Positions 1-10,827 are shown, counted from the stretch's first letter. The stretch: 64,000 nt of DNA from Candidatus Latescibacterota bacterium (GCA_965237675.1 OZ250150.1:2176001-2240000); one strand, 5' to 3'. The notes: generated by a model not told the origin, from the letters alone. Made by a program: numbers and translations.

Positions 1-1425
1 GGCGGCTTCACGCCCCGATTCGGCGCATTTACAACGGATGAATCCGTCCTGCTCGGCGTGAAGGGCACGGGTATCGGGGAGCAGGATCTGGCATCGTGGG
101 ACCTGAGCATGTCCTACGGCCGCCACGAAGCGGACTACTTCATCTTCAACACGGTAAACGCCTCGATGGGGCCCGCCACGCCCACGTATTTCGACCCGGG
201 CACCTACATTCAATCGGACGTCAACCTGGACTTCGGCGTGACCTACCCCGTGAACGCCCAGGTATTCCTCGCTGCCGGTCTTGAATATCGAAAAGAGACA
301 TTCGAGATCGTTGAGGGGCAGATCGAGTCCTACATTATCGGCCAGCCGCTTGCCAGCCAGGGATTTCAACCGGCGACGAACGGGTTTTCGGGTTTCAGTA
401 AAGTGGCCGCCGGTAGATGGGGTCGGTCCAACACGGCCGTGTACGCGGAAGGGGACGTTCAACCCATGGACGATTGGTCCCTTGCCCTTGCCCTGCGCTA
501 CGAGAATTTCGAAGACTTCGGCGCCACCTCCAACTACAAGGTCGCCACCAACTTCGGCGTTTCCGAAAACTTGAGGGTGCGCGGCAGTTACAGCACGGGC
601 TTCAGGGCGCCCACACCCGGCCAGCAGAACGCCTTCAACATCACCACGGAGTTCAACTTCGAGAAGAACGACCTGGTGAACAATGGAACGGTCCCCTCCA
701 CGAGCCGCGCGGCCGCGTTGAAGGGAGCCAAGCCTCTCGATTCCGAGCAGTCCAAGAACGTCTCACTGGGTGTCGTCGTGGATATGGGCAAGGCAAGTAT
801 GACAGTCGACTATTTTGACATCAGGGTGAACGACCGCCTGACGGTCTCACAGGACTTTTCGCTTTCCGATTCGGAGCGGGAACAGCTCATCAGGGAGGGT
901 ATCACCAGCGCGGCGGGCCTGCAGGAATTTCGCTTCTTCACCAACGACTTCGATTCCCGAACCCAGGGGGTGGACGTGGTGTTCTCGGTGCCCGTGGGTT
1001 TGGGCGCCATGAATGTCGCCTACAACTACACGGGTACGAAGGTTACGGATTACAACCGGGAAATTCTGGACGATCTCCGGATCAAGGAACTCGAGCAGAA
1101 TCTTCCCAGGCAACGCGGGAATCTGACCCTGACACAAACGCTCACGAACCGCTGGGACGTACTGGGGCGCGCCAGCTACTTCGGCGAGTGGTACGATTCC
1201 GAAGACGATCAGGTCTACAGTGGCAAGGTTCTTTTCGACCTGGAAACCAGTGTCTCATTTGACGATTACAGGTCCGCGATCGCCATTGGCGCGCAGAACG
1301 TCTTCAATACCTATCCCGACGAACACCAGAAAGCCCGGGATAGGACGGGCAACAGGTACAGTCAGTTCAGCCCGTTCGGTTTCGGCGGCGCGTTCTGGTA
1401 CGCGAAGTACAGCTTCAACTATTAG
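1..1425 (+). CDS. TonB-dependent outer-membrane receptor, C-terminal part (gene begins before the window)
   Basis: The frame is open from base 1. It has LRYENFEDFG and RGSYSTGFRAPT barrel motifs, a GAQNVFNTYPD motif and an aromatic C-terminus (KYSFNY). Confidence 0.9.
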   Translation, partial: GGFTPRFGAFTTDESVLLGVKGTGIGEQDLASWDLSMSYGRHEADYFIFNTVNASMGPATPTYFDPGTYIQSDVNLDFGVTYPVNAQVFLAAGLEYRKETFEIVEGQIESYIIGQPLASQGFQPATNGFSGFSKVAAGRWGRSNTAVYAEGDVQPMDDWSLALALRYENFEDFGATSNYKVATNFGVSENLRVRGSYSTGFRAPTPGQQNAFNITTEFNFEKNDLVNNGTVPSTSRAAALKGAKPLDSEQSKNVSLGVVVDMGKASMTVDYFDIRVNDRLTVSQDFSLSDSEREQLIREGITSAAGLQEFRFFTNDFDSRTQGVDVVFSVPVGLGAMNVAYNYTGTKVTDYNREILDDLRIKELEQNLPRQRGNLTLTQTLTNRWDVLGRASYFGEWYDSEDDQVYSGKVLFDLETSVSFDDYRSAIAIGAQNVFNTYPDEHQKARDRTGNRYSQFSPFGFGGAFWYAKYSFNY

Positions 1426-1491
1426 GTCGTCATTGGCGATTAGAACCAGCGCGGGCGGGACCGCCGCGTCGGATCACTTCGAACATAACAC

Positions 1492-1536
1492 AAGGAAACG
1501 CAACGGCAGGATTTACTGTCGTTGCGTTTCCTTTTT
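1492..1536 (+). terminator. Intrinsic terminator after the TonB receptor
   Basis: AAGGAAACGCAACGGCAG-loop-CTGTCGTTGCGTTTCCTT hairpin followed by a T-run, lying between convergent genes. Confidence 0.75.
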
Positions 1537-1598
1537 GGGAGTTGTGCCTCCCGGCGAGGCGCCGGCCGACCCTATCCGACTGAGGGAAGCGAATGGGA

Positions 1599-2393
1599 TT
1601 ATTCGTGTCCGTAAACCACCGGGCAGTATTCCGTGTTGTGGATGAACTGGGCGAGGGTGCCTTCCGGTTGGGAGACGGGGTACGAATTCTCCGTACGCAT
1701 GTGGATGGCGAAACTCCGCCGCGGCGCGCCAGAGCGGTTGGGGCGGCTGCCGTGGAAGGTGAGGCAATGGTGGAATGAAACGCCGCCGGGGGACATAGTG
1801 GCTTCGACCTCCCGCCACGTTTCGCCCGGGGGAAGCGTGATCTGCTCGCGCTGCATCTCGATGTCGTCGCTGTTGTCGATGTAAAAGGCGCCCTGGTTGA
1901 GCAGACCCCATTTGTGGGAGCCGTTCACGAAGGCCATGGGGCCCGTGTCGGGTCCCACGTCGGATACGGCGACCCACGCGGTGAACAGCTCGCTTCCCTC
2001 TTTCCAGGCTTTCCAATACTGCCGGTCCTGGTGCCAGCCGACGCTCACGCCGGATCCCGCGTCCGTACTCGCGGGGGGCTTGGAAAGGAGTTGGACCCAC
2101 CAGACCTGGACCCGTTTTGCACCGGTGACTTCCGCGGCAAGCCTGCCGAGGTTCGGGTGGCTGACAAGTTCCTTAATGGCGCGATTGGCTAGCTGGGGCA
2201 TTTCGACTTTGCCCAGCTTGTTCGGGTCGTCGCCGGGATTCCAGTAGGAGGGCTGCGGCGGAATCCCCGTTTCGTACCGGCCCGCCAGCACGTCGTCCAC
2301 GCCTTCCATTGCGCGACGGACGAGGTCTCCGGGAATCACCGGCGTAGAGTGGATGACGTAACCGTCCCTGCGGTACGCTTCGTAGCGTGACAT
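1599..2393 (-). CDS. Phytanoyl-CoA dioxygenase (PhyH)-family Fe(II)/2OG oxygenase
   Basis: WHQD...FHGS facial-triad motifs and a RRSFAIH motif. Start moved to MSRYEAY (2393), which has a GAGGAG RBS. Confidence 0.88.
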   Translation of the reverse strand: MSRYEAYRRDGYVIHSTPVIPGDLVRRAMEGVDDVLAGRYETGIPPQPSYWNPGDDPNKLGKVEMPQLANRAIKELVSHPNLGRLAAEVTGAKRVQVWWVQLLSKPPASTDAGSGVSVGWHQDRQYWKAWKEGSELFTAWVAVSDVGPDTGPMAFVNGSHKWGLLNQGAFYIDNSDDIEMQREQITLPPGETWREVEATMSPGGVSFHHCLTFHGSRPNRSGAPRRSFAIHMRTENSYPVSQPEGTLAQFIHNTEYCPVVYGHE

Positions 2394-2421
2394 GGGATGC
2401 TCCTCGAGGCGCTCCGACCGT

Positions 2422-4071
2422 TCACCAGGCCGCGGCATAGCCGTCCCGACGCGGGTCCGACCCGCCGATAAGCGTGTTGGTTTCGGGGAGAATGCGGATC
2501 GCCTGGGCGCTGCCGGGGCCGTCCCAGTCGCCCAGGATCCGGAGGTCGTGGCCCCGATGAGCGAGGCCCTCACGGACGTCTGCGGAAAACCGGCCCTCCA
2601 GCTGCAGGACGTCCTCGCAGGTATGCGGGACGGTGGATTCCATCGGGTTCTGCAAGCTGCGCCACCGGGGCGCCTCCACGGCCTCCTGCGGGGTCATGCC
2701 AAAATCCAGAATGTGCGTGATGAGTTGGAGATTGGTCTGTACCTGGGTGTCCGCGCCCGGCGTTCCGCACACGAGAACGGGCTTGTTGTTTCGCGTCACG
2801 ATGACGGGGTTCATGGTGTGTCGCACCCGTTTGCCGGGTTTGAGGCAGTTGGGGTGGTCTTCCTCCAGATGCCAGTACGTCATCCGGTTGTTGAGAAGGA
2901 TGCCCGTGTTTCCGGCAATAAGGCCGGAGCCGAAACCGGATTGGATGGATTGCAGCACGCAGACGGCGTTTCCCCACCTGTCGGCCGTACAGAAGCACGT
3001 GGTGTCTTCATGGGATTCGGGCCGCCCGGCGGGGACGTCGACCGCCGCGCGATTGAGGTCGATACGACGTGCCTGCTGTTCCGCGTAGGCTTTGGAGAGG
3101 AGGCCCTTGAGCGGGATATCCAGCCAATCGGGATCGGCAACATAGGCTTCCCTGTCCGAAAAAGCGAGCTTTTTGGCCTCCACCATCAGATGGATGCACT
3201 CGGCCGTGTTGCAGCCGAGGGATTGCAGATCGAAACGCTCGACGATATTGAGTTCCTGGAGAAGGATGTGGCCGCTGGAATTGGGAGGCATTTCATAGAC
3301 GGTGTGGCCGCGGTACGTGGTTTGGATCGGGTCGTCCCACCGGGCGTGGTGGTTCGCCAGGTCTTCCAGCGTGAGCAGGCCGCCGCGGGCCTGGCTGAAT
3401 GCGACGATGGCCTCAGCGACGTCGCCTTCGTAAAGTGCCGCCCGGCCTTCGGCGGCGATCCGGCGCAACGTGGCGCCCAGGTCGTTCTGGCGAAGGACGT
3501 CGCCGGGAGCGAGGGGCTGGCCGTCCTTCGTAAACACGTCGCGGGTGAACGGGTCCAAGGCAAACCCCGCGGTCTGGCCGGAAAGGCTGCCGGACAATTT
3601 GTGGCTGACGGGAAATCCGTTTTCGCAAAGGGAGACGGCGGGGTCAAGGACCCGTTCGAGACCGAGGAGGCCGTGGCGCTCGTGGGCGATGAGCCAGCCG
3701 TCCACCAGGCCGGGGATGGAGACGCTCAGAATGCCCTTCATGGGAATACCGCCGCGTTTCAGATAGATTTCCCGGGTGGCCGCCCCGGGGGCGGCGCCGG
3801 TGGCGTTGACGGCCGAGACCCGGCCGGTATCGGACCGGTAGATGAGCAGAAAACCGTCGCCGCCCACGCCGGACGCGGCGGGTTGGACCACGCCCAGTGC
3901 GGCGGCCGTCGCAACCGCGGCGTCGACGGCGTTGCCGCCGGCCATGAGCGTGCTGATGCCGGCCTGGGATGCCAGGGGATGGCCGGATGCGACGAGGCCG
4001 TTCTTTCCCATCACCGATGGGCGAAAGGCGTGGTGGCCGATACCGTGAGGTGATTGCATGGCATACTCCAT
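2422..4071 (-). CDS. ggt: Gamma-glutamyltransferase family protein
   Basis: GGNAVDAAVA, DTT autocleavage Thr, GILLNNRM, PGKRVRHT and GGSDPRRDG motifs. Confidence 0.92.
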   Translation of the reverse strand: MEYAMQSPHGIGHHAFRPSVMGKNGLVASGHPLASQAGISTLMAGGNAVDAAVATAAALGVVQPAASGVGGDGFLLIYRSDTGRVSAVNATGAAPGAATREIYLKRGGIPMKGILSVSIPGLVDGWLIAHERHGLLGLERVLDPAVSLCENGFPVSHKLSGSLSGQTAGFALDPFTRDVFTKDGQPLAPGDVLRQNDLGATLRRIAAEGRAALYEGDVAEAIVAFSQARGGLLTLEDLANHHARWDDPIQTTYRGHTVYEMPPNSSGHILLQELNIVERFDLQSLGCNTAECIHLMVEAKKLAFSDREAYVADPDWLDIPLKGLLSKAYAEQQARRIDLNRAAVDVPAGRPESHEDTTCFCTADRWGNAVCVLQSIQSGFGSGLIAGNTGILLNNRMTYWHLEEDHPNCLKPGKRVRHTMNPVIVTRNNKPVLVCGTPGADTQVQTNLQLITHILDFGMTPQEAVEAPRWRSLQNPMESTVPHTCEDVLQLEGRFSADVREGLAHRGHDLRILGDWDGPGSAQAIRILPETNTLIGGSDPRRDGYAAAW

Positions 4072-4155
4072 CGTTATAGAGGTCGATTACCGCCCCACGG
4101 CGGTGGGGGTCTCCGGTTGCACTGCGCCGTACGGGCCTGACGAAGCAATCGTGGA

Positions 4156-5439
4156 TCAGGCTTTGGAACGGAACATCCCGGAGTAGGGTACCGGATCTAG
4201 AAACACGCCGCCGCTGCACCGGTAGTAGTCTTCGTCCAGGACAAAGGCCCCTGATCTGGGCGTGAGCCAGGCCGCGTCGGGGACGGGGTACGCCGAAAGC
4301 AGATCGGCCCAGTTGCCGTAATTTTCCGGGCCGTTGGATTCGAGAAGCCCGCCCGTGATACCGGGGAACGCCGGCAGGCGGGCAGCGATGTTTTTGTTCC
4401 ACTCCACCAGGAGGGGAATGCATCCGTTGTCGGCTACGAAACACGGCACGCCGGCCTCCGCCGCGGCGCGGACCATCCGGAACGCAAGAGAGAGGGTCTT
4501 ACCCGCGGGCTTGATGGCGATGGCCCCGTACCCCTGGTGGGTCCGGGTGTACACGTCCTCGACCGTCTGAACGCTCTCATCCGCCGCGAATCGGGCCGGC
4601 AGGTCGCCCACGTCGATCTCATCGGGATCCTGAAAGGGCTCTTCAATGAGAACGAGGTGCTCGTGAATGCCGGCTTTCCGAGTGTGGTCCAGGAGCCGGG
4701 CCATGGTTTCTTTGTGGGCGTATCGTGCGTTTGCGTCGAGATAGTAGAGAACTTTCCCGGAATCCGTCATCGGCGATTCGTAGCCCCGTGCAACACCATG
4801 GATGCGGTCGAGCCACGCGATGTCCTTCTGGACCATGTCCGCCTCCGCGCCCGGTTGGCCGATCTTGATCTTCAGGATGTAGACGCCGGTATCCAGGATG
4901 CCTTTCAGTTCGTCCATTGGCATCGTGTAGCCTACGGCGGGGGCCACGCCCAGATGGGTCTGGCGGCTCGCGAAAAAGGGCCGGAACGCACCCGGTATGA
5001 GATTGTCGAACGTGGTGATCCCGTTACGCTTCGCGTGGAGCATCCACGCGGCGTTGTCCAGGGCTACCAGGGCGATGAGTGTAAACGTGAGTCGCAGCCC
5101 GGGGTTTCCGGTGACGGTTCTGCCGTAGTCGTGCACATGCGGGGCGAGTTCCGACAACAGGGAGGGCGGGTCCGCGAATTCGCGGTTCACCGCCTGCTGA
5201 AGCGCGAATTCCAGAAGCGCGGACATGAGGATATTGCCGCCGACTTCGGTATGATTCGAAAACACGTCGGGGTCGGACCAGAGCACGGCCGTGCCGCCCA
5301 CGCCCACGGCTTCGGTACCGTCTTCGTCTCTCAGACGAACGATCAGGTTCCACTTTTCGTGGAAGGCGGCGCCCTTGAATGCGAAGGGCCTGGCGAAGGG
5401 TTGACGCTGGAGTTCCAGATCGGTGTGGACGATTCGCAT
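4156..5439 (-). CDS. Enolase-superfamily (mandelate racemase / Ala-Glu epimerase-like) enzyme
   Basis: KIK catalytic motif, DAN / EEP / DES metal ligands and AIKP. Confidence 0.8.
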   Translation of the reverse strand: MRIVHTDLELQRQPFARPFAFKGAAFHEKWNLIVRLRDEDGTEAVGVGGTAVLWSDPDVFSNHTEVGGNILMSALLEFALQQAVNREFADPPSLLSELAPHVHDYGRTVTGNPGLRLTFTLIALVALDNAAWMLHAKRNGITTFDNLIPGAFRPFFASRQTHLGVAPAVGYTMPMDELKGILDTGVYILKIKIGQPGAEADMVQKDIAWLDRIHGVARGYESPMTDSGKVLYYLDANARYAHKETMARLLDHTRKAGIHEHLVLIEEPFQDPDEIDVGDLPARFAADESVQTVEDVYTRTHQGYGAIAIKPAGKTLSLAFRMVRAAAEAGVPCFVADNGCIPLLVEWNKNIAARLPAFPGITGGLLESNGPENYGNWADLLSAYPVPDAAWLTPRSGAFVLDEDYYRCSGGVFLDPVPYSGMFRSKA

Positions 5440-5446
5440 GCGGGCG

Positions 5447-6457
5447 CTACTCCCAGCGGGTCAGGTCCAGCAGGACGCCCAGATAGGCGTTTTTTTCTTC
5501 AAGGAGGCCCCGGTATGCCCGGGCGGCCTTGGTGGCCGGCAGGACGTGGGTGATCAGGGGGTCGACCTTCACGCGGTCGCGGGCGATGAAATCCAGCATG
5601 AGTTCGTTCGGGTCCGGATCGCCGTATTGGGCCGCGTCGGCCTGCCTGGAGCCATGCGCGCCGATTACGGACACCCCTGTGCGGTGAAGGTCAAAATAGA
5701 GGTCGATCTCGGCGCTGCCCCGCGGGCTGCCCAAAAGGATGACTCGTCCCATCTGGGCGGCGACCCTGATGGCCTGTGGGGCGACTTCCGGGTTGCCCGT
5801 GGCTTCAACCACGATCTGACAGCCCGCTCCGTTGGTGAGCGCGTTGACGCGATCCTGCAGGTTCTCCGTTTCCGGGTTGACGCCGGCGGCGATGCCGCAG
5901 GCCTTCGAGATGGCGAGCCGCTCCGAAACCGAATCTATGCCGATGACCCGGCGGGCGCCTGACAGAGTCATCAACTGTGCCGCCAGGTTGCCGATAAGGC
6001 CCTGGCCGAACACGGCGACGGTATGGCCGAGGCGGACGCTTGAAAGACGCACGGCCGTTAATGCAATCTGTGCGAGTACCGCGAACGGAGCATGTTCAAT
6101 AGCCAGGTTGTCAGGTAGCTTCAGCGGGGCCCGGCGCGAAGAGACGAGAGAATGGGAGGCGTGCTTTCCCCTCACGTAAACCAGGTCGCCTTCCTGGACG
6201 GTATCGACCTCACGGCCCGCAAGCAGCACCCGGCCCACGGAGGCGTATCCGGGGTAGAAGGGGTATTTGGCATAGGCGAAGTCCCGCAGTGGGAAACCCA
6301 CGTGTGTCTGTGTAAACATCGCCAGTTCGGTACCGGGGCTGATGAGGCCGTAGAGGTTTTCGACCAGGACTTCGCCTGGTTCGGGCGTGTCCCGGACCTC
6401 GACGTCGACGGTTTCGACCACCATTTTTCCGGAGAAAACGAGCTGTCTGGCCTTCAT
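5447..6457 (-). CDS. Zinc-binding (MDR-type) alcohol dehydrogenase family protein
   Basis: ISPGTE, PGY, a GQGLIG Rossmann motif and VEATG. Start taken at MKARQL (6457). Confidence 0.85.
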   Translation of the reverse strand: MKARQLVFSGKMVVETVDVEVRDTPEPGEVLVENLYGLISPGTELAMFTQTHVGFPLRDFAYAKYPFYPGYASVGRVLLAGREVDTVQEGDLVYVRGKHASHSLVSSRRAPLKLPDNLAIEHAPFAVLAQIALTAVRLSSVRLGHTVAVFGQGLIGNLAAQLMTLSGARRVIGIDSVSERLAISKACGIAAGVNPETENLQDRVNALTNGAGCQIVVEATGNPEVAPQAIRVAAQMGRVILLGSPRGSAEIDLYFDLHRTGVSVIGAHGSRQADAAQYGDPDPNELMLDFIARDRVKVDPLITHVLPATKAARAYRGLLEEKNAYLGVLLDLTRWE

Positions 6458-6590
6458 GGTGTATCCTTCTCGCTGGATGCCGGCGCAACCTGCCCGCCGC
6501 GCATTCATTAGGGGTTCTTGACGGCGGATATGACCGGATATGGATCCGGAGACTCTGCTGCGCCACCCGGATGAATTCCGACTCCGCCCT

Positions 6591-7943
6591 TCAATGTCCC
6601 AATCCGTTTCCCGTCAGACCGGATGTATCCACGGAGCCGTCCGTTATATTGAAAACCGAGGGATAGCGATCCGCCCATATGCCGTTGGCATCGGGGCAGT
6701 ATTGTCGCGCGTTACCCTCAATGGCCGTAACCGTGGGCACGCGCGCGGCCAGGCCCGCGGAGTGCAGAAACGAGGCGCCGGGGCAGGTGAGGTCCTGGAC
6801 GCATAGAAACATGCCGTATTTCTTCGCGGCGGCGCCCATCAACAGGGCCTGCGACTGACCCTTGCAGGTCTTGAGCGCTACACCGGAATACCCGAGGTCG
6901 CGGGCCAGCAGCAGGCTCTCGAAACCCTCAAGGGATTCGTCGATCACCACGGGCCGGATTCCGGCGGCTTCGTGCATTTTGTTCTCCGGATTGGCGCGGA
7001 GGTCACGGGCTGTGGGCTGCTCGATATACGCCACGCGTTCGAAGGCGCCACCCCTTTTTTCCCGTATTTGCGCGAGGAAGTCCAGGAGGTAGCCAACGTC
7101 GCGGCATTTCTCGTTGAAGTCCAGCGAATAGGCCCAGTCCGAGACACCGCGTTCGTCCTGTGTCCGGGCGGTGACGGCGTCGATATCGCACACGCGGCCC
7201 ACGTCCCAGGCCAGGTCGTCGCCATTGAGTTTGATTTTGAGGTGGGTCAGGCCGTCCGCGCGGATCCATTCGGGAAGGGTCTCGGGCAGGCCGTCGCCGA
7301 GACGCTGCCCAATGTCCGCGTCGGTGAGAGGATCGAGGGCGCCGACGAGGTGGTAGATCGGCATCCGCGGCTTGGGGTTCCGCAGGGTGTACCGGTCCAG
7401 ATATTCGCCCCTGAAGTCCTCGTTGAGATATCGGGCCAGGTCGTGGTTCATCCATTCGGCGGAGAGACCGTCGTAGGCGTTGATTCGGTTTACCTTTCCG
7501 TAGGCGTCGTGCAGCGCGGCGTCGATCGGGCTGGCGGTAACCAGGGTACAGAGTCTGGGAATGGGCTCCGCCAGGTTCAATTCCCCGCCGGTTTCCACGG
7601 CGAGGTCGAGAAACCGCGATTCCAGATCCGCCATGATGTCGATGGGATGCCCGCAATCCCGGTGGGAGCGTGTGTAAGCAACCATCGTTTCGCCGAGCCG
7701 GACCATCGCCTGCATCGAGTCCTCGAAGCCGACGGTCTGAGAGGGAAAGGACCAGGCATTGCCCAGGGGCATGGATCCGAACCCGGATGCCCGGGCGCCA
7801 GCCCCGTTTTCGACGTCGACGGTGACGTTCATCAGCTTGCAGTGCGTTGTCACCACGCCCCCGAATTTGAGTGGGGTACGGTAGGGGTATGCCTCAAAGT
7901 CGAGTTCGACGTTGCGGATGCGGATATCAGAGGATCTTGACAT
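6591..7943 (-). CDS. Mandelate racemase/muconate-lactonizing-enzyme family protein
   Basis: LKIKL, DFNE, EQP, IDES and ALKTCKG motifs. Confidence 0.82.
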   Translation of the reverse strand: MSRSSDIRIRNVELDFEAYPYRTPLKFGGVVTTHCKLMNVTVDVENGAGARASGFGSMPLGNAWSFPSQTVGFEDSMQAMVRLGETMVAYTRSHRDCGHPIDIMADLESRFLDLAVETGGELNLAEPIPRLCTLVTASPIDAALHDAYGKVNRINAYDGLSAEWMNHDLARYLNEDFRGEYLDRYTLRNPKPRMPIYHLVGALDPLTDADIGQRLGDGLPETLPEWIRADGLTHLKIKLNGDDLAWDVGRVCDIDAVTARTQDERGVSDWAYSLDFNEKCRDVGYLLDFLAQIREKRGGAFERVAYIEQPTARDLRANPENKMHEAAGIRPVVIDESLEGFESLLLARDLGYSGVALKTCKGQSQALLMGAAAKKYGMFLCVQDLTCPGASFLHSAGLAARVPTVTAIEGNARQYCPDANGIWADRYPSVFNITDGSVDTSGLTGNGLGH

Positions 7944-8002
7944 AGTGGCTCCGTTGATCGGCACTTGGTGAAGTTGCCGTGCGATACCAGCTTTGTGAGT
8001 CC

Positions 8003-10684
8003 CTATCCTCCCAGGTGACGTTGCACGCCCGCCTTGAGGGCCGCATCGATGCGCGCGACGCTCTCCTCCAGGTGGGCGCGGGTCTGGCGGTCCAGCCCGG
8101 TGTTGGGGAGGACGTTCCGGATGGCGGTTGTCAGGGACACGAGGTCCGCGCGTGCCAGCGAGGAGGCGTCGGCCGGGGCGTCGCGGGGCGGTTTCACGAC
8201 CAGGGCGACGACGTGGTCAAGGTGCATGCGCTGGAGGTTTCGGCGGAAGCTGTTGACGTTGCCGCCGGATTCCAGTTCCGCCCAAATGGCCTCCCGGAGG
8301 CCGTCGAAGAGTTCCGGCATGCCGAATGCGTCCTCGCCTGCCCAGAGGTCCATGTCCTGCATTCGCCCCAACAGCAGCGGATGATACAGCGCGCTCAGAG
8401 GGCCGCGCTGGATGCTTAGAATCCGGCCGTGGATCGGATAGTCGAGGCGTTGCATGCGCCAGACCGCGCCGGTGAATCCCCAGAGGCGTTCAGGGGCGAG
8501 TTTCCGCATCAGTTCGGGGGGAAAGTTGAAGGCGTCCGGACCGAAGATGTGCACCTTGAGAAAGTCGAGCGCCTCCCGTTGCCTGGCCGCCTTGACCGGT
8601 TCGAAAGGAAGACGGTTTCCGGGGTCGCCCACGTGGTCCCGCCGGTGGTAGATACCGCCGATGTATTTGGTAATGTTGCGCGCGGCGATGAGGTATTCCG
8701 TCAGGCCCTGTCCGAATACCCTCCGCAGCTTCTGGTACCGCCTGCCGGGAACTTCGAACTCGCCCTCCATTTTCCGCCAGAGTTCCCTCGCAAGGCCGAT
8801 ACGATTCCCGTGGAAAGCCAGCGGATCGGCGCCAAGATCCCAGCGATTGACGGTCGGATCGATGCCGCGGGGCGCGCCGAAGGCGTCTTCATCCGTTCCG
8901 TAAGCGACCCTGGGGTCGGCGACCTTGGCGGCGATTTTGTCCAATTCCTTTCGTTCCGCCTCCGGGCTTTCCGCGTCGATGGGCTTGTAGGCGTATTCGA
9001 TCGCCCATTTGTCGTAGGGGCCCAGTGTCGTGGGAAAGTAGTGGCCCTGCTTTTCTCCCTCCGGCGCGATATTGGGGGGCAGGTAGTCCATCACCGAACT
9101 GGACAGGTCCTTGACGGCCTCTTTGTCCTGGAGGCGGTCCGTGGGGTGGAGGGTGCTGGCCTTGAAGTTGTGGCGCAGGCCCAGGGTGTGCCCCATTTCG
9201 TGTGCGGCGATCATGGTCAGATAATCGTTGATGAATTTCTGGCCGCCCTTCCCGGCAAGGTCGATTTCTCCCCGGACGGCCAGCAGGTTACCCGAAAAGG
9301 CGGCCTGGTGCGCAACGCCTTCCGCGTAGTCGCAGAATCCCCGCAAATAGTTCCCCGTTCGATCCTGCGCCGGCACAGGGCCGCCGGCGTCGGATACCGG
9401 ATCCACGAACTCTTCGTATTCGCGGAACATCAACCGTGGAAAATCGGCGCTGAAACGGATGCTCGCGTTGAAGAGTTCACCTGTGAGCGGGTTGGCGCGG
9501 GAGGGACCCTGGGCATATACCCTGCGCGGATTCACGAACCAGCGGACCATGTTGTAGCGCGCGTCCGCGGCATCCCAATCCGCGTCGTCCGGTTGCTGCC
9601 TGACCGCGATGGCGTCCTCGAAACCGATGCGTTCGAAGGCTTCATTCCACATCAGCAGGCCCTTCTTCAGGGCTTCCCTGTATTTCACGGGAACCGTCTT
9701 TTCCAGCCAGAAGACGATCGGCTTTGTGGGCTTCGAGAGTTTTGCCCGGGGATTCTCCTTCTGCAGGTCCCAACGTTCCACGTACCGGGTGTACGGAGTC
9801 TCCTTCTGAACCGTGTTGTAGTCCTGGTACATGGTAAGGAAATGGCCGACCCGGTCGTCTCCCAGCCTGGGTCGATAGCTCGTCCGGAGCAACGTCGAAA
9901 GGCTGTAATGGTAAACGTGCTGAAAACTGCGGGGGTCGGGGAAGGTGTACGCCTCGAATTCCGGGTTGGCCGTGTTGAAGTGGAGGACCACTTCTATTTC
10001 CGTGTTCAGCGGGAAGGATTTCACTTTTCCGAAGTAGCTGTTCTTGCCGTCGAACTTGTACTTTGCCTTGCGGTCTTTGAACGCGGCCGCCACCATGGTG
10101 AGGTCCTCGAGGAAAAAACCGCCGGCGTCCACCAGAATGCTCTTTCTCTCAGGATGGGGTTCGCTTTCTACGATTTTGGCGACGCTCAGGATGGAATTGG
10201 TGACGCTTCGCCTGACCGCATCGGCGATCGGGGCGTCCTCGTCCGCCCGGAAGTAGACGTTCTTGTGCAGGAACTGCACGTTTTTACCTACACGTTTGAG
10301 GATAAAGGGAAAACCGTAGTTCATAAAGCTGGGAATCAGGGCGGTGGCGTCGAAGAAATAGCCATCGGCCGCCTCGCGGGTGACGGCGCAAAGATAGAGT
10401 CTGTCGAACTGCCTGGGCTTGATCTCCAAATAGACCTTGGCTTCGTCGTCCTTTCGGTACACGGTAAAAAGACCCTTGACCACTTCAAAGTCCTTCGTGA
10501 CTTCCTCGAAGGTTTTCTTCTTCTTGTCTTTCTTCGCGCTCGAATCCGCCTTGGCCTTTTCGGCGTCCACTTTCGCGGTGTCGGGCGCGGTGGTGTCGGG
10601 CCTGGCCTCTTCGGCACCCACGACCAGGGCCAATATGGACGCGAAGAAAAGGTGGGAAACAACGATAACGAATTGACGCATCAT
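8003..10684 (-). CDS. Secreted zinc-dependent metalloprotease (DUF5118/DUF5117/DUF4953, EcxA-like)
   Basis: Signal peptide, HEMGHTLGLRHNF zincin motif, SSVMDY Met-turn and GPYDKWAIEYAY. Confidence 0.9.
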   Translation of the reverse strand: MMRQFVIVVSHLFFASILALVVGAEEARPDTTAPDTAKVDAEKAKADSSAKKDKKKKTFEEVTKDFEVVKGLFTVYRKDDEAKVYLEIKPRQFDRLYLCAVTREAADGYFFDATALIPSFMNYGFPFILKRVGKNVQFLHKNVYFRADEDAPIADAVRRSVTNSILSVAKIVESEPHPERKSILVDAGGFFLEDLTMVAAAFKDRKAKYKFDGKNSYFGKVKSFPLNTEIEVVLHFNTANPEFEAYTFPDPRSFQHVYHYSLSTLLRTSYRPRLGDDRVGHFLTMYQDYNTVQKETPYTRYVERWDLQKENPRAKLSKPTKPIVFWLEKTVPVKYREALKKGLLMWNEAFERIGFEDAIAVRQQPDDADWDAADARYNMVRWFVNPRRVYAQGPSRANPLTGELFNASIRFSADFPRLMFREYEEFVDPVSDAGGPVPAQDRTGNYLRGFCDYAEGVAHQAAFSGNLLAVRGEIDLAGKGGQKFINDYLTMIAAHEMGHTLGLRHNFKASTLHPTDRLQDKEAVKDLSSSVMDYLPPNIAPEGEKQGHYFPTTLGPYDKWAIEYAYKPIDAESPEAERKELDKIAAKVADPRVAYGTDEDAFGAPRGIDPTVNRWDLGADPLAFHGNRIGLARELWRKMEGEFEVPGRRYQKLRRVFGQGLTEYLIAARNITKYIGGIYHRRDHVGDPGNRLPFEPVKAARQREALDFLKVHIFGPDAFNFPPELMRKLAPERLWGFTGAVWRMQRLDYPIHGRILSIQRGPLSALYHPLLLGRMQDMDLWAGEDAFGMPELFDGLREAIWAELESGGNVNSFRRNLQRMHLDHVVALVVKPPRDAPADASSLARADLVSLTTAIRNVLPNTGLDRQTRAHLEESVARIDAALKAGVQRHLGG

Positions 10685-10827
10685 GCCCTCCTGGCAGGTC
10701 TATACGGATCCTCGTCTCCAGTAGGCGGGGTGATCGAGCGGCTGCTATCGGGTTGGACGCGTTGGCGCTTACCAGTGTTTCCTCAACGTGGATGGCGTGC
10801 TGTCAGGGTCCCGCCGGTTCGCCTGTG

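Noticed and set aside
2392-4053. 553-aa plus-strand ORF (likewise 35093-36394, 42327-43718, 46099-47274, 49000-49911)
   Set aside because: Codon-register antisense shadows of well-supported minus-strand genes.
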